Assembly (NCBI GenBank): GCA_048538275.1
Contig: JBLYPW010000001.1
Span: 365,928-429,927 of the forward strand
DNA: 64,000 nt
Source of the DNA: Candidatus Komeilibacteria bacterium
GTDB lineage: Bacteria > Patescibacteriota > Patescibacteriia > UBA1558
Reading direction: 5' to 3'
Shown here: positions 27,555-37,242 of the stretch, in pieces
Numbering within the stretch: the first letter of the stretch is position 1
Layout: each line of letters opens with the position of its first letter
Program-made: the position numbers and the translations under genes
Notes under the pieces: model-generated
The model's database searches: none
What the model saw: the letters and a program-made list of their open reading frames with translations, nothing else
What the model was told of the DNA's origin: nothing

Positions 27555-28373
27555 ATGTTAACAATCACACCCCCGGACAAAATTAAGTTTAGTGTTAGCG
27601 GTGACAATAAAGCGGAAGTTATTATTGAGCCTTGCTATCCTGGCTTTGGTGTGACCATCGCCAATTCTTTACGTCGGGTATTATTATCCTCCTTGGATGG
27701 TGCTGCTATTACTGGTTTTAAGATAGCAGGAGTTGATCATGAGTTTAGCAGTGTGGACGGTATCAAAGAAGATGTTGTAGATATTATTTTAAATTTAAAG
27801 AAAGTCCGTCTGAAAATTTTTGCTGATACGGATGAGGATATTAAACTTATTTTGACTAAAGATACAGAAGGAAAAGTTACTGCTGCCGACATCACTCCGG
27901 ACAGTAATGTTGAAATTATCAATAAAGACCAATTAATTTGCACTCTAACTGATAAAAAGAAATTAGAAATGGAGATTTTCGTACGACGTGGTCGTGGTTA
28001 TGTTACTGTTGAGCAGCGCGATAATGAAAAGAATGAAATTGGCACTATTGCTATTGATTCATTGTATTCGCCAGTTACCAATGTTGGTTTTCGTTTAGAG
28101 AACACGCGTGTCGGTGAAATGACAAATTATGAAAAAATAATTATGTCGCTGGAAACTGATAATTCTATTACTCCGGAGGAAGCGATTAAAAATTCAGCTA
28201 TGATTTTATTGGATCAATTCTCTGTATTGGCGGGTCAGTCAGCGGTAGTGGAAGAAGAGCCGGTTGAGGAAACTGAGGTGGAAGAAATAACGGATAAAGT
28301 TGAAGAAAAAGTGGAAGAATTAGAAGCTAAGCCGGCCAAAAAAAGAGGTCGTCCTAAAAAAAATGATAAATAA
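27555..28373 (+). CDS. rpoA: DNA-directed RNA polymerase alpha subunit: NTD only, with the alpha-CTD replaced by an acidic linker and a C-terminal AT-hook (KKRGRPKK)
   Basis: The alpha-NTD is canonical (…IEPCYPGFGVTIANSLRRVLLSS…) up to ~residue 230. The tail is QSAVVEEEPVEETEVEEITDKVEEKVEELEAKPAKKRGRPKKNDK. An ATG at 27555 is preferred over the TTG at 27519. Confidence 0.9.
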   Translation: MLTITPPDKIKFSVSGDNKAEVIIEPCYPGFGVTIANSLRRVLLSSLDGAAITGFKIAGVDHEFSSVDGIKEDVVDIILNLKKVRLKIFADTDEDIKLILTKDTEGKVTAADITPDSNVEIINKDQLICTLTDKKKLEMEIFVRRGRGYVTVEQRDNEKNEIGTIAIDSLYSPVTNVGFRLENTRVGEMTNYEKIIMSLETDNSITPEEAIKNSAMILLDQFSVLAGQSAVVEEEPVEETEVEEITDKVEEKVEELEAKPAKKRGRPKKNDK

Positions 28374-28378
28374 ATAGC

Positions 28379-28732
28379 ATGCGACATCAAAAGGTCACAA
28401 TTAAACTAAATAGGAGCAAGGGTCATATGCGAGCCCTGTTGGCTAATATGGCGGCGCAGCTAATCATTTTTGAGGATATTACCACAACTGAGGCCAAGGC
28501 CAAGGCTTTGCGTACCGTAGTAGAGCCATTGGTAACCAAAGCCAAGACAGACTCTTTACACAATCGGCGTCAAGCTTTAGCTTTTTTGCCAATGAAAAAG
28601 GCCGTACAAAAATTGTATGAAGTTATAGGACCACGCTATAAAGAACGTCCGGGCGGGTATTTACGTATTATAAAACTTGGTCGTCGGGCAGGAGATGCAG
28701 CGGCCATGGCAAAAATTCAATTTGTTAAATAA
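28379..28732 (+). CDS. rplQ: 50S ribosomal protein L17
   Basis: MRHQKVTIKLNRSKGHMRALLANMAAQLI…GYLRIIKLGRRAGD matches L17. Confidence 0.95.
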   Translation: MRHQKVTIKLNRSKGHMRALLANMAAQLIIFEDITTTEAKAKALRTVVEPLVTKAKTDSLHNRRQALAFLPMKKAVQKLYEVIGPRYKERPGGYLRIIKLGRRAGDAAAMAKIQFVK

Positions 28733-28736
28733 GATT

Positions 28737-29099
28737 ATGCCAAATAAGATAGAAAGAAAATCACATAATATAAATGCCAGTGGCAAAATAGCTGGTCGCT
28801 TGGCTTCGCAAGTAGCCAGTTTATTAATTGGTAAGAACAAGGCTGATTTTACTCCTCAGTATGATATGGGCGATGCAGTAGTGATTAGTAATATTACGGA
28901 AATAAAATTTACCGGTAATAAATTAGCAGACAAAAAGTATTATAAACATACTGGCTATATAGGTAATATGAAGGTGACAAAATTGAGTGATTGGCTGGAA
29001 AAAAAGCCAGAAGCATTATTTAAAAAAATGGTACGCAATATGTTACCTGATAATCGTTTACGTGCCAATCGTCTGAAAAGATTAACTTTCAAACAATAG
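28737..29099 (+). CDS. rplM: 50S ribosomal protein L13
   Basis: The L13 core reads …ASGKIAGRLASQVASLLIGKNKADFTPQYDMGDAVVISN…. An ATG at 28737 is preferred over the upstream alternative start at 28677. Confidence 0.9.
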   Translation: MPNKIERKSHNINASGKIAGRLASQVASLLIGKNKADFTPQYDMGDAVVISNITEIKFTGNKLADKKYYKHTGYIGNMKVTKLSDWLEKKPEALFKKMVRNMLPDNRLRANRLKRLTFKQ

Positions 29100-29100
29100 T

Positions 29101-29568
29101 ATGACCACGGATAAGAAAACTACAACAGCTACCAAAACAACAACCCGCCAAAATAAGGATGGCCGTTTGCAGGCCAAGGGTATCTACCAGGCGATAGGTC
29201 GCCGTAAAAATGCAGTGGCTAGGGTACGCTTAACGGCTAAGGCGGCCGATAAGGGTATTGTTGTCAATGATAAGCCTTTGGCGGAATATTTTAATTATCC
29301 AGTTTGGCAAAAAGCAGTATCAGCGCCCTTAGAAATGGCTGGCCTGCTCAAAGATTATGGCGTATCCGTGAAAGTCGTTGGTGGCGGTGTGAATGGTCAG
29401 GCCGAAGCTATTCGGCATGGCATTACTCGTGCTTTATTATTGATTGATGAAAATTTACGCAAACCTTTGAAAGCGGCTGGTTTTGTGAAACGTGACCCGC
29501 GCGTTAAGGAGAGAAAGAAACCAGGTCTCAAAAGTGCTCGTCGGGCCCCGCAATGGCAAAAGCGTTAA
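29101..29568 (+). CDS. rpsI: 30S ribosomal protein S9 (with a Lys/Thr-rich N-terminal extension)
   Basis: The S9 core and tail read …GRRKNAVARVRL…GGGVNGQAEAIRHGITRALL…KRDPRVKERKKPGLKSARRAPQWQKR. Confidence 0.95.
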   Translation: MTTDKKTTTATKTTTRQNKDGRLQAKGIYQAIGRRKNAVARVRLTAKAADKGIVVNDKPLAEYFNYPVWQKAVSAPLEMAGLLKDYGVSVKVVGGGVNGQAEAIRHGITRALLLIDENLRKPLKAAGFVKRDPRVKERKKPGLKSARRAPQWQKR

Positions 29569-29600
29569 GATAAAATATCTTTATAAATTACTACCAAAAC

Positions 29601-29630
29601 ATCCGCTAAATATAGCGGATTTTTTGTTTT
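29601..29630 (+). terminator. Intrinsic terminator after rpsI
   Basis: The hairpin atccgcta-aata-tagcggat is followed by TTTTTGTTTT. Confidence 0.65.
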
Positions 29631-29843
29631 TCGTTTATAATCATACACAAACGCTTATATAGGTATAAGTGAAAAGTGGTGATTGTTTAGCTTCAAAGTT
29701 ACGTAGTTTTTGCATATAATCTATTATACGTAACAAGAAAATATGTGATATTTAGCCTAATTTTAGGTAAATAATTAAGCCTTGACGCTTCTTGTGTATT
29801 ATAATATACTAGAAATAGGTATTTGTAATATAACATAATAAAC

Positions 29844-31268
29844 ATGAAAAACGATTTGATACAATATATACAACAACAGATTAGAACTACAGGAGAAAGA
29901 ATTAAGAGATATACTCACAGTCCAAGGGGAGAAAAATATCCTCAGCGTTTCTTGTTTGTAAAGATTAAACAATATATTGATGGATTTTTGGATAAAACTC
30001 AAGATAACAGAATGGTTATTATTCCTGGTTTTAGGGGGGTTGGCAAAACTACATTAATGGCGCAAGTATGTGCGGCTTATTCAAGGAAGGTTGAGCATAT
30101 ATTATTTTTATCCGTGGAAGAAACAGAGAATTTATTAAGCGCGGGAGTTAATGATATTATTTCTGCTTTTGAAAATGTCATTGGGCAAAGCATTGAAGAA
30201 CTAAAAAAACCAACTTTAATATTTTTAGATGAAATACAAACGGATCCTAAATGGGCTATTAGTTTAAAAACTTTGTTTGATAAAACATCAAATGTATTTT
30301 TTTGTTGTACTGGTTCATCGGCAATTATTTTGCAGACTACAACAAATTTAGCTAGAAGAGCTTTATTTGAGAGAATGCCACCACTGTCATTTATAGAATA
30401 TGAAATGATAAAAAATCAAGAATTTCCTAAAAACGGCTTGAAAGATAAAATACGCCAAGCAGTATATTTTTCAAATTCCGCTGAAGAAGTATTTAATAGA
30501 TTACAAAATTTGCAAGGAGATGTTAATAATTGTTGGTCAAAAATAAATAGACATGATATTAAAACTTATTTATCATATGGAACTTTGCCTTTTTCACTTA
30601 TAATGCCCAATGAAACAGCAGTTTATGATGCGATATCATTATTGTTGGATAAAATCATAAAACAAGATTTGCCTACCCTGGGAAGTTTTGATCAAGATAC
30701 TTTAGGAGCGGTAAAAAGAATTTTATTTGCGATTGCAGAAAATGATACAACCAGTCTCGGAACATTGGAAGATAGATTTAAGATAAATCGCTTAACCATA
30801 TCAAATATTTTTGAAGCGCTTGAAAAAGCAGAATTATTGATAAAAGTCCCTGCGTATGGATCAAATATGACAGTTGCCAAGAAACCAAACAAATATTTAT
30901 TTATGTCGCCGGCAATCAGAATGACTTTTTTTTATTTTACTGGTCAAGAGAGCACATATTTAACCAGGCAAGGGAAATTGTTGGAAGATTCTTTTGCATC
31001 GCATCTTTATCGTGAATTTATTTTGAGAAACCAAGGCGTGGTTAGATATGACAGCGCTCAAGGTGGAGCTGACTTTATTTTACAGATTATGAATAATAAG
31101 CAGATTGTGATAGAAGTCGGGATGGGGAGTAAGGATGTAAAGCAAATAGCGACAACCGCCAAAAAAATTAATTCAGATTATAATCTTATTTTTTCAAATA
31201 CTGAATTGAAAATTAATGAAAATTTAAAAACGATATTTATGCCTTTGGATTATTATTTTTTAATGTAA
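29844..31268 (+). CDS. AAA+ family ATPase of the COG1373 / DUF4143 type
   Basis: The Walker A reads IIPGFRGVGKTTLM and the Walker B IFLDEIQ. The length (~474 aa) and C-terminal DUF4143-like region fit this widespread family. A promoter lies upstream (TTGACG…TATACT at ~29775-29805). Confidence 0.8.
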   Translation: MKNDLIQYIQQQIRTTGERIKRYTHSPRGEKYPQRFLFVKIKQYIDGFLDKTQDNRMVIIPGFRGVGKTTLMAQVCAAYSRKVEHILFLSVEETENLLSAGVNDIISAFENVIGQSIEELKKPTLIFLDEIQTDPKWAISLKTLFDKTSNVFFCCTGSSAIILQTTTNLARRALFERMPPLSFIEYEMIKNQEFPKNGLKDKIRQAVYFSNSAEEVFNRLQNLQGDVNNCWSKINRHDIKTYLSYGTLPFSLIMPNETAVYDAISLLLDKIIKQDLPTLGSFDQDTLGAVKRILFAIAENDTTSLGTLEDRFKINRLTISNIFEALEKAELLIKVPAYGSNMTVAKKPNKYLFMSPAIRMTFFYFTGQESTYLTRQGKLLEDSFASHLYREFILRNQGVVRYDSAQGGADFILQIMNNKQIVIEVGMGSKDVKQIATTAKKINSDYNLIFSNTELKINENLKTIFMPLDYYFLM

Positions 31269-31303
31269 TATATGCCCAATAAATCATTAAACAAAATTTT
31301 ACT

Positions 31304-32743
31304 ATGGAATTAAGCGCGCGGACTATCTCTCGTAATACTGGCATGCTAACCGGATCCTTGATTGTTCAGAAAATTCTATCTTTTCTATATTTTTCTTATC
31401 TTGCCACCCGGCTGGGAGTTGACCAGACTGGGCTGTATTTTTTTGCCTTGTCTTTTATTACCATGTTAGCGGTTTTTGTGGATTGGGGTATGGTTAATAC
31501 TTTGATAAAACAAGTAGCTAAGGAGCCAGAAAAAACCAGTCATTATTTTTCACAGGCTCTACTTATTCGTGTGTTAATGTCAGGCTTAATGTATTTAATT
31601 TTATGGGTATTATCATTGCTATTGGGTTATGACCTGCTGACCAGACAAGCTTTGCATATAGCGGGTTTGATTATGGTGGCTGATTCTTTTACTTTGCTGT
31701 GTTATGGTTTTTTGCGAGCTCATCACAATACTGGATTTGAAGCTATTGGCAATATTTTGTTTCAATTAGCGCTCGTGATAATTGGTGGCTTAGTTATTTT
31801 TTACAATGCTCATATCTTATTAGCTTTATTAGCTTTATTATTTGCCAGCCTGGTAAATCTTGGTTGGGCAGCCAGTAGATTATTTATAAAATTAAAGATA
31901 ATCATTATTTGGCAATGGGATAAAGCCCTTACTAGCCGAATATTTAGTTTAGCTTTGCCATTTGCTTTGGCCGGTATTTTTTCCCGCTTGTATGGCTATC
32001 TGGATACTTTTCTATTGAAACAGTTAATTGGCAATACAGCCTTGGGCTATTATAGTTTGCCTTATAAAATAACATTTGTCTGGCAATTTATCCCCTTGGC
32101 CTTGGTGGCTTCTTTGTATCCGGCTTTTGCACATTATTATAAAACGGATCGAATGATTTTAAATAAGATATTTAATCAAACTTTAATTTATTTATTATTA
32201 TTATCTACACCAATAGCTATCGGATTATCATTGTTAGCGAATCCAATCATGGTTAGCATCTATGGGGTGACGTACCAGCCATCGGCTAGTGCGCTAAGTA
32301 TTTTAATATTTACCTTACCATTTGTGTTTATAAACTTTCCTTTGGGCTATTTATTAAATGCTTGTGACAGACAAAAAATAAATACTCGTAATATTTTTAT
32401 TGCCATGCTTATTAGTTTAGCGGGCAATTTATTATTGATTCCCCGTTTTAGCTATATAGGCGCTAGTATTATGTCCATTATCAGTACCTTTATTTTATTT
32501 CTTTTGGGATTATATTACGCCAATAAAATAATTCAGTGGCAATGGTCAGTTTTATTACCTCGCTTGGGTAAATTATTGGTAGCTTTGGGCGGCATGGCGG
32601 GTGTGATATTATTAACTATGCACAGTTGGCATTATTTGCTAACTATATTAGCGGCTAGTTTTATTTATTTGGGCTTGATAATAATAACTCGTCTAGTTAC
32701 TTTGTCGGAATTTTATCGTTTATTGAAATTTTTCAAGGAATAA
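31304..32743 (+). CDS. Polysaccharide biosynthesis flippase (Wzx/MOP superfamily)
   Basis: The protein has ~12-14 TM helices and a MOP-flippase architecture. It is the first gene of the glycan locus. Confidence 0.8.
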   Translation: MELSARTISRNTGMLTGSLIVQKILSFLYFSYLATRLGVDQTGLYFFALSFITMLAVFVDWGMVNTLIKQVAKEPEKTSHYFSQALLIRVLMSGLMYLILWVLSLLLGYDLLTRQALHIAGLIMVADSFTLLCYGFLRAHHNTGFEAIGNILFQLALVIIGGLVIFYNAHILLALLALLFASLVNLGWAASRLFIKLKIIIIWQWDKALTSRIFSLALPFALAGIFSRLYGYLDTFLLKQLIGNTALGYYSLPYKITFVWQFIPLALVASLYPAFAHYYKTDRMILNKIFNQTLIYLLLLSTPIAIGLSLLANPIMVSIYGVTYQPSASALSILIFTLPFVFINFPLGYLLNACDRQKINTRNIFIAMLISLAGNLLLIPRFSYIGASIMSIISTFILFLLGLYYANKIIQWQWSVLLPRLGKLLVALGGMAGVILLTMHSWHYLLTILAASFIYLGLIIITRLVTLSEFYRLLKFFKE

Positions 32744-32744
32744 T

Positions 32745-33788
32745 ATGAAAATATTATTATTTACAACAGAATACAGACCGCAGCATGGTGGGGTGGCTAA
32801 TTATTATTATGGCTTAGTAACAGCTTTGAAAAAAGCCGGCTTTGCGATTGAGATTTTACACATTTCTAACAATATTCGTTGGTGGCAAGCTTGGTTATTA
32901 TTATGGCGGCATCGGGCGGATATTATTTGGGTTGGCAACATATTACCTTTAGGTACGGCGGCTTATTTGTATAGTCGTGTTACCGGAAAACCTTATTTTG
33001 TATCATTGCATGGCTTGGATATAAATTTGGCAGTTCATAACAAACCCAACATCACTCAAAGAATTTTGAAGCGAGCCTTTTTTATAACGGTAAATAGTAA
33101 TTATACAGCCGGACAAGTACCAGTCAGTATAGCGGTAGATAAAATAATTGTACTTTATCCATGCCCTCATAATCGGCCTGATAAGATAAGTGATCAAGAA
33201 AAAATAGCTTTTCGCCAACAATATAATCTTCAAGGAAAACAAGTCTTGGTTTCAGTCGGTCGCTTGGTAAAACGAAAAGGGATACAAAATGTTATTCTGT
33301 CTTTAAGTGAATTGGTGGGAGAATTTCCAAATTTAGTTTATTTAATAATTGGTGATGGAGAATATTATGATTCATTAGTTGATTTAGCTAAAAAACTAAA
33401 TTTGGCTGATAAGATAAATTTTTTACCAGCGGCTGATGATAAGTTGGTGGCCACTGCCTTGGCTAGCGCTAATATTTTTTTATTGCCTGCTTTGTTAAAT
33501 AAAAAAGATGTGGAAGGTTTTGGCATTGTATATCTAGAAGCAGGTTTGGCCGCCCTGCCTGTTATTGCCAGTCCCAGCGGGGGAGTAGCGGAGGCTGTAT
33601 TAGATAAACAGACCGGCTATTTATTGAAAAAAGATAATTTAACTGAAGTTATTCGTCAATTACTAACTGATCCCGCAAAAAGCCAAGCAATGGGGCATAA
33701 TGGTCGTCGGCGAGCACAAAGGGAATTTACTTATCAGCAACAAATTATTAAACTAATACCATGGTTGGAAAAAATCAAGAAAAAGTAG
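32745..33788 (+). CDS. Glycosyltransferase family 4 (GT-B, retaining)
   Basis: The GT4 C-terminal motif is present (…EGFGIVYLEAGLAALPVIAS…). Confidence 0.85.
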   Translation: MKILLFTTEYRPQHGGVANYYYGLVTALKKAGFAIEILHISNNIRWWQAWLLLWRHRADIIWVGNILPLGTAAYLYSRVTGKPYFVSLHGLDINLAVHNKPNITQRILKRAFFITVNSNYTAGQVPVSIAVDKIIVLYPCPHNRPDKISDQEKIAFRQQYNLQGKQVLVSVGRLVKRKGIQNVILSLSELVGEFPNLVYLIIGDGEYYDSLVDLAKKLNLADKINFLPAADDKLVATALASANIFLLPALLNKKDVEGFGIVYLEAGLAALPVIASPSGGVAEAVLDKQTGYLLKKDNLTEVIRQLLTDPAKSQAMGHNGRRRAQREFTYQQQIIKLIPWLEKIKKK

Positions 33789-34948
33789 ATATTATAATGT
33801 TCAATATGTCTTCGGCTTATGAGTGGCACGACGGAGTTCATAATCGTAATTATCATATTCTGCAAACCTTGCGTGATGATCCGCGCATCAATCGTATTAT
33901 TTCTATTGATTATGCCCCTTGGACTTGGACTAAAATGATAAAACAATTTTGGTTTGGTTATTTGGACTGGTCCAATAAAGCGCCGGTTTTATATCGCAGC
34001 GTTTTTACTAAAGCAAGACAATTGTCCACTGATTGGATCAATATTAGCTCGGTCATGCCTTATTTTCATGAAGATAGGTTTTGGTCTGAACTAAATAAAA
34101 TTATTAATAATTTAGAGATAGGTGATGATGCAATCATTTGGTCTTATAATCCTTTGTTATCCAATTATTTATCTGCCGTAAAAGGAAGAGCTTATATATT
34201 TGAGGCGGTTGATGATTGGCGACTACACCCTTCATATCAAACTATTACCAAGTTATTGGACGGGCATTATCGTCGTATTGCCGAAAAATCAGATTTTATT
34301 TTTACAGTAGCAGATGAATTAACTGCCATATTCAATCAACCTAGCAAAACTTTTTGGCTACCCAATGCTGTAGACTGGCAGCACTATCAACAAAAGTTTT
34401 CCTTACTAGATAGAGCCATTAGCGATTTACCACGACCCATTATAGGCTATATGGGCATAATATTGGGACGATTGGATAGCGATATTATTACTTATCTAGC
34501 AGAACACAATCCTACCAAAAGTATTGCCCTGGTTGGTTCTTATCGTGGTAAAACGCATTATTGGGATAAAGCTCTGATAGAAAAATTGAAAAAATATAAC
34601 AATATTCATTTATTAGGTTTTGTTCCATACGATAAAACACCCATGTATATCCAACAATTTAATGTTGCCATTATACCGCATAGAGTAGATGGTTATGTCA
34701 GCACCACCAATCCTATGAAAATGTACGAATATTTGGCTTGCGGACGACCGGTAGTTGCGACTCCTGCTCCCGGGATTGATATGTTTTCTAGTATTAGAGT
34801 AGCTAGTAATCCGGCTGATTTTAATCAAGCCGTGATAAAAGAGCTGGCGGAAGATAATGAGGAAAAACAAGAAATGAGGCGACAAAGCGTTCGGCAACAT
34901 ACTTGGCAGGCTAGAGTGGACAAAATGCTGTCTTTTATTTTAGATTAA
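33761..34948 (+). CDS. Glycosyltransferase family 4-like (GT-B)
   Basis: …YEYLACGRPVVATP… is a GT1/GT4 C-terminal domain. An alternative non-overlapping ATG lies at 33797. Confidence 0.8.
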   Translation: MVGKNQEKVDIIMFNMSSAYEWHDGVHNRNYHILQTLRDDPRINRIISIDYAPWTWTKMIKQFWFGYLDWSNKAPVLYRSVFTKARQLSTDWINISSVMPYFHEDRFWSELNKIINNLEIGDDAIIWSYNPLLSNYLSAVKGRAYIFEAVDDWRLHPSYQTITKLLDGHYRRIAEKSDFIFTVADELTAIFNQPSKTFWLPNAVDWQHYQQKFSLLDRAISDLPRPIIGYMGIILGRLDSDIITYLAEHNPTKSIALVGSYRGKTHYWDKALIEKLKKYNNIHLLGFVPYDKTPMYIQQFNVAIIPHRVDGYVSTTNPMKMYEYLACGRPVVATPAPGIDMFSSIRVASNPADFNQAVIKELAEDNEEKQEMRRQSVRQHTWQARVDKMLSFILD

Positions 34949-34949
34949 A

Positions 34950-35813
34950 ATGGAAAAAGAATTATCCATTATTATAGTTAGTTGGAACGTGGCTCAAGAT
35001 TTACGTGCTTGTCTTTTGTCTATACAAAAATTTGTTCATATTGATTATGAAGTGATAGTGGTGGACAATGCCTCTGATGATGATACGGTTCATATGATTC
35101 GCCATGATTTTCCGATGGTTAAGTTAATAGTCAATAAAAGTAATGTTGGTTTTGCTGCTGCCAATAATCAAGCTCTGACAAAGGCCACGGGCAAGTATAT
35201 ACTTTGGCTGAATCCAGATACCGAGTTTAGAGATGATCACTCTGTAGTAGGGGCATTAAATTTTTTGAAAAACCAGCCACAAATTGGTATACTAGGAATC
35301 AATGTTCGCAACAGTGATGGTAGCCAACAAATATGTGTGCGCCGCTATCCAACTTTGGGTTCACAGCTCTTAACCTTATTAAAACTAAATACAGTATTAC
35401 CGGTTCTAAATAGTCGTTATTTAGCCTTAGATTTTGATTATAGCCGGAGTCAAACGGTTGATTCAATTATTGGCGCTTGTATGTTTATGCCGCGCCAGAC
35501 AGCTTTGAGTTTGCAAGGCTTTGATGAACATTTTTTTATTTGGTTTGAAGAGGTTGATTTGTGTAAACGTGTTCAAAAATTTGGTCAACATGTTTATTAT
35601 TATGCGGATAGTACAGTCATCCATCATGGCGGCCAAAGTTTTTCTCAATGGCTCACCAAGGATAAACAAAAACAGTTTAACCGTTCTCTGCTGTATTATT
35701 TTTCTCAGCATTGTCCGCGTTGGCAACTTTGGTTATTATATTTTATTTTACCGATTAATTTTATATTAACTACTTTACAATCTATACTTAAAATCAAAAA
35801 AAGTGCCTACTAA
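34950..35813 (+). CDS. Glycosyltransferase family 2 (GT-A)
   Basis: The N-terminus is LSIIIVSWNVAQDLRACLLSI…VVDNASDDDT, and a DXD motif is present. Confidence 0.85.
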   Translation: MEKELSIIIVSWNVAQDLRACLLSIQKFVHIDYEVIVVDNASDDDTVHMIRHDFPMVKLIVNKSNVGFAAANNQALTKATGKYILWLNPDTEFRDDHSVVGALNFLKNQPQIGILGINVRNSDGSQQICVRRYPTLGSQLLTLLKLNTVLPVLNSRYLALDFDYSRSQTVDSIIGACMFMPRQTALSLQGFDEHFFIWFEEVDLCKRVQKFGQHVYYYADSTVIHHGGQSFSQWLTKDKQKQFNRSLLYYFSQHCPRWQLWLLYFILPINFILTTLQSILKIKKSAY

Positions 35814-37242
35814 AATTTTAACTTATATAAATAGATTAGCTTGGCCCTCTATTTTACTTGTGGAGGTGGCTAGTTTTTGGCATTTTTATCAGCCCAGTTT
35901 CGCACCGTATTTATGGTGGCTGATTATTGGTCTGACTTTTATATTAAGCTGGCGCAAGCTAGAGTATGGTCTGTATATCATGTGGTTAGAATTGATTATT
36001 GGTAGCCACGGCCATGCTTTATTATGGACTATCAATGGATTTGATTTGAGCATTCGCATGGGCATTTTTATTGTTATATTAATACTTGGCTGGTGGCATT
36101 TTTGGCAACAACGCAGCTGGCAGTCCTGGCAAAATCGTCAACCTTTAATATGGTATGTGTGGGCGATTATATTTTTATTGGCCGTAGTCGTCGGTTTGAT
36201 GAAATTTGGTTGGCAAGGCAGTTGGTTTGATTGGAATGGTTATCTCTATTGGCTGCTGGTACCAATATTTACTTTAACCTATTCCCGAGAGTTTATTTTA
36301 AATTTATGGCGTTTATTATTAACCGGTGTAAACTGGCTAGCCATAAAAACTTTTTTGCTTCTTGCTGTGTTTGCTCATCAAATTAGTTGGCTGGATATTT
36401 CCTTATTATATCGCTGGATGAGAGATTTGCGTCTGGGAGAAATTACTTATGTCAGTCAGAATTATTATCGCATTTTTATGCCTTCGCAAATTTTTGCCGT
36501 TGTGGTTTGGCTAGGCATTGTATTGCTTTGGCTAAATAAAGATCAATTAAAATATAAATTCATTGATAATTGGTATATTTGGTTATCGGCTTTTGCCGCT
36601 GTGTCTGTATTATTGGTTAGTTGGTCACGCAGTTATTGGTTGGCTACCATTATTATGACAATAGTTCTCATAGTTTATTATGCTTATCAGCAGAAATCTT
36701 TTTTTCTATTATATAAAGTATCTGCGCGGGTAATCTCAATCAGTATCTTGGCCATATTGTTGATGTTTTTTTGGACGGGTAGTTTTAACAGTGGTCAAGC
36801 CATGGCTCAACGAGTAACCAATCTTTCTGAACCAGCCGCCTCAACACGCATAGCTCAATTAGGCCCTTTGTGGCAACAAATTCGCCAGTCTCCTTGGCTA
36901 GGCAATGGTTTTGGTCAGACTGTTACTTATCAAAGTGATGATCCGCGCATACGCACCTCAGCCAATCCGGACGGTTGGTATACTACCGCGGCATTTGAAT
37001 GGGGTTATTTGGATATTTGGTTAAAAATGGGTTTTTGGGGCCTTGTTTTCTATTTAGCTATAATATTACTTATTTTGTATAATAAGCTTAAAAATAGCCA
37101 AAATACTGGTTTGAGAACCCTTGTCTCCAAGGGATTGGCCTGGGGCTTGCTAGCGGTATTGATTATTAATATTTTTAGTCCTTATTTAAATCACCCCTTA
37201 GGTATTGGCCTGATTTTAATTAACTGGTATCAAGACGTATGA
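35803..37242 (+). CDS. O-antigen polymerase/ligase-like polytopic membrane protein (Wzy/WaaL-type)
   Basis: It has ~11-12 TM helices and a large periplasmic loop with Trp/Tyr-rich segments. It uses a GTG start overlapping the upstream GT2 and sits inside the GT cluster. Confidence 0.65.
   Translation: MPTKILTYINRLAWPSILLVEVASFWHFYQPSFAPYLWWLIIGLTFILSWRKLEYGLYIMWLELIIGSHGHALLWTINGFDLSIRMGIFIVILILGWWHFWQQRSWQSWQNRQPLIWYVWAIIFLLAVVVGLMKFGWQGSWFDWNGYLYWLLVPIFTLTYSREFILNLWRLLLTGVNWLAIKTFLLLAVFAHQISWLDISLLYRWMRDLRLGEITYVSQNYYRIFMPSQIFAVVVWLGIVLLWLNKDQLKYKFIDNWYIWLSAFAAVSVLLVSWSRSYWLATIIMTIVLIVYYAYQQKSFFLLYKVSARVISISILAILLMFFWTGSFNSGQAMAQRVTNLSEPAASTRIAQLGPLWQQIRQSPWLGNGFGQTVTYQSDDPRIRTSANPDGWYTTAAFEWGYLDIWLKMGFWGLVFYLAIILLILYNKLKNSQNTGLRTLVSKGLAWGLLAVLIINIFSPYLNHPLGIGLILINWYQDV

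Noticed and set aside
26456-29568. Lys-rich N-terminal extensions on S11 and S9 as something novel
   Set aside because: Basic extensions on ribosomal proteins are common in AT-rich, reduced genomes and are probably lineage-typical. They are noted but not considered a finding.
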